Shown here: piece by piece, positions 58,601 through 64,000 of the stretch
Numbering within the stretch: the stretch's first letter is position 1
Layout of the letters: each line of letters opens with the position of its first letter
The notes under the pieces: model-generated
Database searches by the model: none
The model's input: the letters and a program-made list of their open reading frames with translations, nothing else
What the model was told of the DNA's origin: nothing
Translations under genes and position numbers: made by a program
Assembly (NCBI GenBank): GCA_014859605.1
Contig: JACUTW010000002.1
Span: 17,711-81,710, forward strand
DNA: 64,000 nucleotides
Source of the DNA: Desulfuromonadales bacterium
GTDB lineage: Bacteria; Desulfobacterota; Desulfuromonadia; Desulfuromonadales; UBA2197
Reading direction: 5' to 3'

Positions 58601-61600
58601 GGCGCTGGTGAAGTCAACGCTGATGATATCTGCGCCACTTGTCATACCGTGGCTGGCGGCGTCCTGCACAACAACAGCAATAATTCGGCCGTTGATCACT
58701 TCCAGGGGAAAGATTGTATCACCTGTCACGGCAATCATCAGATCAGCGGCAATGCTTTCAAGGTCAGGCAGTGCGACGATTGTCACGGTGGTATCAGTAC
58801 TGATACTTCTGCAGACGGCGGAGTCGGGGTCATCACCACCGGTTCCCATACTCGTCACATTACCACCGCCAACGGCGGTCCGGGCCTGTCCTGCGACATC
58901 TGTCACGGCGCAAATGCAACAATCGGCACCCACCCCGGCCACATCGACGGCACAAATAACATGGTACCGACCAACTATCCGGCCAGCTTTGCCGATATCT
59001 GCGATGAGTGCCATGGCTATGACAACGAACCCGGCGAGGTCAAACCGATCTGGGGCTCCCCGGCAACCACCGATTGTGCCACCTGTCACGCCGGATCTCT
59101 GATCAGTGATGGCTGGCCCGGTGCAGCCAATCCCCCGACCTTTACCTTTGCCCGCACCAGCGGCCACGGACGTCTCCCGGCCAGCGGCACCTACCCGGTC
59201 TCCGGCAATGCCGCCGGTAACTCCAACTGTCTTGACTGCCATGTAGCGACGGGCAGTGGCCACTTTAGCGGCGGACTTGGCGATGCATTGATGCTGCGCA
59301 CCGACGTCGGCTTCCCGGCAACCTACACCGGCAACGAAAATATCTTCTGCGCCGCTTGCCATAGTGCGGCCCCGACCCATCCGACTAAATCGGCAACTGC
59401 CGCGACCCGCGGTATCACCACCCATGCGGGAAAAACCTGCATTGCCTGTCACGACCTGCATGGCACCGGCAATATCCAGATGGTGATTGCCTCGCAGACA
59501 GAGCAAAATACCAAAGACAATTCATCAAACGGTCAATATACCGGCAGTGTTTCGTTCCTGGCGATTACCGGCGCCAACTCCTATGACGAAGACGATGGTG
59601 CAGCCGGCGGTGCCGGAGAAATCAACGGCGACGATATCTGCGCCACCTGCCATCTCCTGGCAGAAGGGGTTACCCACAATAACAGCAATAATTCAACTGG
59701 TAACCATTACCAGGGTGAGGATTGCTTTACCTGTCATTCCGGCCACAAAAATGCGACCAACTCCTTCATCGCAGGTGCCGGTACGGCTTGTAACGATTGT
59801 CATGGCAACCCGCCGAATACTGGTGCGCACGGTACCGGCAGTAACAAACACACCCGGGTTTCGTCGAATGACCGAACCCTCGAAGATCTGACCGATTGTG
59901 CTTACTGTCACACCGGCGCGAACGATTACACCTACGATCTTGGCGCTGACCAAGGCGCCGTTGGTGCCCGCGCCAACCACGGCAGCGGCAATCGCGTCGC
60001 GGTCCTTGCCACGTCCATCGGTTACAGCCAGAGCGGTAACCTTTGGGGCTGCGCCAACGTTTGTCACACCTCGTCGGCAGCCGATAGTTTCTGGTTCGAT
60101 AAGAGTAGCGGCAGTGACCCGGCGACCTGGATCAAAGATACCAACGGCATTTCCTGTAATGCCTGCCACTTCTATGCGCCGACCGTTTCTGCGGCCAGTG
60201 TTCCGAACAATCTTTCGGATGTTCACGACGAGCACTTTGCCGCCGGCAAAGGGTGCGCCGAATGCCACCCGATGACCGGTGACTACAACAGCGGCGTCGG
60301 GCATGCAGGACCGTTGACCCATATCGACAGTTTCGATTTCGGTAGCGGTAAAGATGACAATGACGGCCTGGCCCTCGTCGATATGGCGCAGGCAACTCAG
60401 GATGAAGCCGGCTACGACAAAGGCGGCGGCGTTCGCGATGTCGTCCGTGCCGGGATGACCTATACCGATGCCAATACCTGCTCGGGCGGTATCGGTCTCG
60501 GTTGCCATGCCACCGGAGTTCCGGATTGGGATATTCCTATCCCCAACAACAATGCCGGTTGCCTGGAATGTCACACCGACACCAACAACGGCGCGGTTGG
60601 CAACCCTGTCTCCGGTATTCATGACAACAGTCCCAACGGCCCGACAGTCACCGGCGTCGCTCACGACGGCAGCTTCGATAACGGCAGCGGCGGAATTGCC
60701 GATTGCGTGACCTGCCACTCCCTTACCCCGACAGTTGTCGCTGCCAATCACATGAATGGCACCATCAACACCGGCACGGCGATCACCGTTCTCCCCATCG
60801 CCGGCTATAACCAGGCAACCAGCAGCTGTACAACTGCCTGCCACAGCGCTGGTACGGCCTGGGCTTACAAGTGGTCGTTGAGCGCATACGCTACCAACGG
60901 GACCGAGTGTGCCAACTGTCACGGTGACTATGCTACCGGTTGGGTCAGTGGCGTGGCGCCACATACCGAGAACCCGACCCGCGGCAGCAAGCACAACGCG
61001 ACCGGCAATTTGACCTATCCCTGCGCCGAATGTCATGGCATTGGATCTCCCGGCTACAAATGGACGACCATGTGGGATCCGACCGGCGCCACCAGCCATC
61101 ATGGCGACGACAAGATCACCATGAGCAATTCGGCAGTACATACTTTTGCCATCGACACCGCCCCGAACCCGGATCGTGCCGGCTGTACAACTACGAGTTG
61201 CCACGGCAACGACAGCTTGCACAACTTCCGCGTTACGACGACATCCCTGCCGACGGCAACAGTTACCGGCATCGAGGCGGCGATTCTCTGTTCAAGCTGT
61301 CACGGCGGTTATGTCGGCACCAATGCCAACGGCTACTGGCCGGACGGTGCCAACGCTGTCGATAATGGTAGCGAAGACAACAGTGGTGCCCACTTAAAGC
61401 ATATGGTCTATCTCGCGAAGTCGATCTACGATGAGGATCTTGCCGGGCTGCTGACCGATAATGGCAAGGGAGACGCTGATGCAAAACAGAAGGAACTCTG
61501 TTCCTACTGTCATAATGCGCCTGGTTCCGACGGTGACCATGGCCCGGTTGCCAGCCTGCCGGCCGAAGTCAATAGCATGTACAAAGGTTGGCTGCCGAAG

Positions 61601-64000
61601 ACCGCTGACAACGGCGTCTGGAGCGCCGCCAGCAAGACCTGTGCGACGGTCGATTGTCACTTTAACAAAACGACTCCGACAACCAACGACTGGTACGCCC
61701 CGCTTAACAACGGCAACTGCGCTATGTGCCATGTCGATGTGACGGTTGAAACCGCCCACACCAAACATACCTCGGCGGCGACCGCGACCACCTTCGGGCG
61801 CGCCTCCCTCTGCTCCGATTGCCATGAAGCCGCGACCAACTGGGGGACCAACACCGGTCCGGCCACAGGTCACATTGACGGTGTTTATACGGTCGCCGGC
61901 AGCAAAATGACCTCCTATGTCGGCTTTACTTATCCGGCGGTGAAGGGCACCTGCGGCACCAACGCTTGTCACAACAACGGCATTGGCGGCGCACCGATTA
62001 TCGATCCGGTCTGGGGAACGACGCAGGCAAACTGTACAATCTGTCACGCAGGCACCCCGGCGACCGGCACGCACGTCAAGCACATGAGCAACACGGCATG
62101 GGTGTCGGGTGGCTGCAGCGACTGTCACACCGACTCGACAGCTTCTGTAATATCGGCATCTACTCACATGGATGGCGTCCGTAACGCCGGCGGTAGCAAG
62201 AATGTTGTCAATAACGCCAACGGTTCCTGCACCAATACCTGCCATCTCTCTGCCGAGGCCGGGAACTGGACCGGCAACAGCAGCAATATTACTTGTACGG
62301 ACTGCCACAGCGGCAGCGGCGCGTCGGCTTATATCGGCGGCAACAAGACCAGCGTTGGCGGTCCCAACTACATGCCGCAGTACAACATGCACCTGACGGT
62401 TCCGACGGTCTCTGGCAAGGTCCATACGGCTGCCGGTCTTGCCACCGCCTGTACCACCTGCCACAGCAATCTCGCTGACAAGACCACCCACATGAACGGG
62501 GTCTGGACAGCAGATGATGCCGACAACACCAATGACCAGCACCGTGGTCTCTTTGCCGGCTTCACTGACGGGACGGTTCCGACCTGTAACACCGCCTGTC
62601 ACAGTGCCGGTGCCGCCTGGGCCTACAAGTGGTCCGCTACTGCCGGGGCGACGAACGGCACTCAATGCGATAACTGCCACGGTCGCTTCTCAACCGGCTT
62701 TAACGCCGGAGTTATGCACCAGCTCATGGACAGCCGTGGCAATAACGCGCATACCAACAGTGGCAACCTTGCTTATCCCTGTACCGACTGCCACGCGATC
62801 GGTGCCAGCAGCGGTAATTATCCCTTCGCCAATATCAGCAACGACTGGAAAGCGACCGACGCCGGTGCAACCACTCCACACGGCGATGGTTTCATCACCC
62901 TGAACAGCAACGGAACCACCTGGGCCCGCCTTGGCGGTCGCTCCGGTTGCTCTGCCTGCCACGCTGGCGCGACCGGTACGGCGAATAATTATGATTATCC
63001 GACAACTGCCTGGACGTCTCAAACGGTTCTCGGCGATCCGCCTGACGTGAGCGGCAGTTGCACCGCCTGCCATGGCGGCGCGGAATACTGGCCAGACGGC
63101 ACAGTCGCTCCGGATCGTACCGGAAAACATTCCGCCCATGTCCACGCCATTGCGGTTCAACTCGGCGGCGACACGGCGGGGAATCGTAACGCAACCTGTT
63201 CCTATTGCCACCCCAATCCAGGTGAATCCGGGCACAATGACGGCGGCTCGGCCGAAGTCGGACTGTTCAAGAATATCCTCACCGGCGCCTTTACCGATCC
63301 TGACGGGGTCCTCAATACTGCCGACTCAACCTGCAGTCTGGTCGATTGCCACTTTAATAATGCCGTCACTCCGCATTGGTATACCGACATCTATCCGCCG
63401 GCACAGGTGACCTTGACCGCCACCACCGGTGTTGCTGCCAAGCCGCGTTCGATCAATGTCAGTTGGACCTCGCCGGGTGATGACGCTAACGTCGCCAACA
63501 CCACGGTGCACCGTTACGATATGCGTTACGGTACCAGCAGCGCGATTGCCAGCGATTTTGGTCGTACGGACAATTATGCTGGCGGGTTACCTTTGGCTTA
63601 TGCCCAGGGGACGCTCCAGGATGTCACTATTGATAACCTGACGCCGGGAACGACCTACTACTTCAGCCTGCGCAGTCAGGATGTTGCCGGTAACTGGTCA
63701 ACGCCATCCGCTGTCGTCAGCGCCGTGGCGAGCGGTGATACGGTTGTACCGTACTTCGGTGGCGTCAACCGTGCGGCCAAGGCCGATGAATCACAAACCA
63801 TCAATGTCGAATGGTCGCCGGCTGAAGACCACACCATGCCGATCACCTACAAGATCTGGGTCAAGCCGGTTTCGTCCGGTGCCCTTGATATGGATATTGA
63901 TGCACCGCTGTTGACCGGCGTCAAAGGCTACAAGTACCAATTGACCTCTGCCAACGGCGTCGTCAATGACATGATTTATCAGGTTGGTGTGCGTGCTTGT
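55643..64000 (+). CDS. giant multihaem c-type cytochrome, 3' end beyond the window (at least 2,786 codons); NOT in the supplied ORF table
   Basis: Frame +2 is open from ATG 55643 to 64000, with an in-frame TGA at 55625-27 and AGGAG at 55629-33. Frame checked at 56762, 57764, 60002 and 63002. Signal MRFHENLLGIVLAISLCLPLSAFA. Hand count is 52 CXXCH + 11 CX3/4/7CH. FN3-like modules from about 63395. No other +2-frame ORF appears in the table for this span. Confidence 0.9.
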   Translation, partial: MRFHENLLGIVLAISLCLPLSAFAAKVHDQGCNNCHRSGANPRTLANLCTPCHLSFGLTKASAALGSHPSPPEPISGAETVHFWGGSTTTQLEAGATNPPTAFYTSRYSISKNRVTCTICHDPHADKVVKPTLLRATADGDLICQQCHSSRFVSNVPDTNATLTHPLVSDYEAFAAANPTKYKTLSNSASGAVRLVAGDVSCTSCHSPHFADSSSATEDGLLNIAGLTSGDGYLLRSDGPLRTGANRDGATGTGQLRSNLCQACHTYKMHGKGGNQQMIGCLDCHGGHSYNNGAISAYVLAGKSPDAVPVRALRAPAGTAQVTYAAFPDGGSVRTKWSDNTKGTANGFCEKCHGDVQNDGPGGLGNIELEHLEGGLAECTTCHKHGETTFSFANDANAATCGQCHGFPPYKNISGFRSEIGDANDGGWADNNVDLPRYGYTDSSHFLDESKAGHKTHAGAKLAVNPGEWYFVGTSGIDNCKPCHGNQSGSLAGGHRVPLSTDANTFRDVHFASTATVGGLVPSYNTVAHKCDNTYCHSNGGKRTGDGPVRSYAAHTTPAWVGTGANYTAGGYGSIFLQPVATRCADCHGYSAATMTAQGNSPVHNAHLGAGATGITYECDVCHVATADSTRASKLKLDATDGQKGGKHVNGQIEVGYKTSGNALFASLATNAVGPNYDPVTGTCSVYCHDPADIGLTADWDDTTDMQCDTCHGGIATDTSANGGIGIITSGSHTRHITTANGGPGLSCEVCHGANTTAGTHSGHLDGMNNMVPPVDGVNFADVCDECHGYDAQAGEVKPIWGNPATTDCATCHSGTHKSSGWVGAPNAPLFALDRTTGHGRPAASGNYPVTGNAPGNSACLDCHVATASGHFSGGLGDALMLRTDLGFPATYSGNENAFCANCHGTAPAHPTKTASAATRNIGTHAAKRCIGCHDLHGTANIHMVTELRATQNVKDNSATGKYSGNVSFLQITGLNSYDEDDGEVGGAGEVNADDICATCHTVAGGVLHNNSNNSAVDHFQGKDCITCHGNHQISGNAFKVRQCDDCHGGISTDTSADGGVGVITTGSHTRHITTANGGPGLSCDICHGANATIGTHPGHIDGTNNMVPTNYPASFADICDECHGYDNEPGEVKPIWGSPATTDCATCHAGSLISDGWPGAANPPTFTFARTSGHGRLPASGTYPVSGNAAGNSNCLDCHVATGSGHFSGGLGDALMLRTDVGFPATYTGNENIFCAACHSAAPTHPTKSATAATRGITTHAGKTCIACHDLHGTGNIQMVIASQTEQNTKDNSSNGQYTGSVSFLAITGANSYDEDDGAAGGAGEINGDDICATCHLLAEGVTHNNSNNSTGNHYQGEDCFTCHSGHKNATNSFIAGAGTACNDCHGNPPNTGAHGTGSNKHTRVSSNDRTLEDLTDCAYCHTGANDYTYDLGADQGAVGARANHGSGNRVAVLATSIGYSQSGNLWGCANVCHTSSAADSFWFDKSSGSDPATWIKDTNGISCNACHFYAPTVSAASVPNNLSDVHDEHFAAGKGCAECHPMTGDYNSGVGHAGPLTHIDSFDFGSGKDDNDGLALVDMAQATQDEAGYDKGGGVRDVVRAGMTYTDANTCSGGIGLGCHATGVPDWDIPIPNNNAGCLECHTDTNNGAVGNPVSGIHDNSPNGPTVTGVAHDGSFDNGSGGIADCVTCHSLTPTVVAANHMNGTINTGTAITVLPIAGYNQATSSCTTACHSAGTAWAYKWSLSAYATNGTECANCHGDYATGWVSGVAPHTENPTRGSKHNATGNLTYPCAECHGIGSPGYKWTTMWDPTGATSHHGDDKITMSNSAVHTFAIDTAPNPDRAGCTTTSCHGNDSLHNFRVTTTSLPTATVTGIEAAILCSSCHGGYVGTNANGYWPDGANAVDNGSEDNSGAHLKHMVYLAKSIYDEDLAGLLTDNGKGDADAKQKELCSYCHNAPGSDGDHGPVASLPAEVNSMYKGWLPKTADNGVWSAASKTCATVDCHFNKTTPTTNDWYAPLNNGNCAMCHVDVTVETAHTKHTSAATATTFGRASLCSDCHEAATNWGTNTGPATGHIDGVYTVAGSKMTSYVGFTYPAVKGTCGTNACHNNGIGGAPIIDPVWGTTQANCTICHAGTPATGTHVKHMSNTAWVSGGCSDCHTDSTASVISASTHMDGVRNAGGSKNVVNNANGSCTNTCHLSAEAGNWTGNSSNITCTDCHSGSGASAYIGGNKTSVGGPNYMPQYNMHLTVPTVSGKVHTAAGLATACTTCHSNLADKTTHMNGVWTADDADNTNDQHRGLFAGFTDGTVPTCNTACHSAGAAWAYKWSATAGATNGTQCDNCHGRFSTGFNAGVMHQLMDSRGNNAHTNSGNLAYPCTDCHAIGASSGNYPFANISNDWKATDAGATTPHGDGFITLNSNGTTWARLGGRSGCSACHAGATGTANNYDYPTTAWTSQTVLGDPPDVSGSCTACHGGAEYWPDGTVAPDRTGKHSAHVHAIAVQLGGDTAGNRNATCSYCHPNPGESGHNDGGSAEVGLFKNILTGAFTDPDGVLNTADSTCSLVDCHFNNAVTPHWYTDIYPPAQVTLTATTGVAAKPRSINVSWTSPGDDANVANTTVHRYDMRYGTSSAIASDFGRTDNYAGGLPLAYAQGTLQDVTIDNLTPGTTYYFSLRSQDVAGNWSTPSAVVSAVASGDTVVPYFGGVNRAAKADESQTINVEWSPAEDHTMPITYKIWVKPVSSGALDMDIDAPLLTGVKGYKYQLTSANGVVNDMIYQVGVRAC
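57764..59788 (+). repeat. in-frame tandem duplication of a 336/339-codon, nine-CXXCH unit inside the giant cytochrome
   Basis: Unit 1 is 57764-58771 (QCDTCHGGIATDTSANGG...). Unit 2 is 58772-59788 (QCDDCHGGISTDTSADGG...). About three-quarters of residues are identical by eye. The same similarity shows in the antisense shadow ORFs 57641..58471 and 58484..59506. Confidence 0.85.

Noticed and set aside
57641-62680. Four long minus-strand table ORFs (57641..58471, 58484..59506, 59693..61222, 61394..62680; 276-509 aa), plus smaller ones to 63511.
   Set aside because: They are antisense shadows of the open +2 frame. Their translations are Gly/Ala/Arg/Thr/Val-rich, without motifs or signal peptides, whereas the + strand gives a coherent CXXCH-rich secreted protein. 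Their mutual similarity simply mirrors the + strand tandem duplication.
1-64000. Search by eye for rRNA, tRNA, tmRNA and CRISPR arrays.
   Set aside because: No cloverleaf-type GTTCGAATC/TPsiC boxes, no rRNA-like stretches and no regularly spaced direct repeats with spacers were seen. The only short tandem repeat (40754-40796) is coding. A tRNAscan/Infernal/CRISPR-finder run would be needed to be definitive.

Overview
This is a 64-kb window of high-GC bacterial chromosome. The gene content suggests an anaerobic Desulfuromonadales-type (Geobacter/Desulfuromonas-like) organism: anaerobic cobalamin genes cbiX/C/D, hypCDE, TAXI-TRAP transport, Tat, and many c-type cytochromes. This taxonomy is inference, not a search result. 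About 50 kb is ordinary, tightly packed housekeeping: metX, tatBC, nadA, mfd, PPIases, rnd, cbiXCD, a GspL/M/N-like trio, a TAXI-TRAP transporter, usp, an MCP, polA, proC, glcD/F-like genes, moaA, folE2, queC, mrcA, nth, hypCDE and uvrC. Small accessory islets interrupt it. A Fic gene appears to have been inserted into the 3' end of polA, leaving a duplicated polA terminus. A VapBC + RhuM islet lies on the other side of polA. An AlbA_2/ATPase gene is wedged inside a queC-folE2 operon. There is also a DUF2064 gene relic, a DUF551 phage-like relic, and REP-like hairpins. The stand-out is the right-hand 13 kb (about 50.8-64.0 kb), a visibly more AT-rich block with three genes. The first encodes a 1233-aa secreted NHL-propeller/FN3-like/PEGA/FG-GAP protein. 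The second encodes a tetrahaem cytochrome. The third is a giant ORF missing from the supplied ORF table because it has no stop codon inside the window. It runs in frame +2 from ATG 55643 to base 64000, at least 2,786 codons. By hand translation it has a Sec signal, about 52 CXXCH plus about 11 CX3-4(7)CH haem-type motifs, a 336-339-codon internal tandem duplication, and FN3-like modules at the end. I read this as a candidate extracellular 'megacytochrome' electron-transfer module. I found no rRNA, tRNA or CRISPR array by eye.
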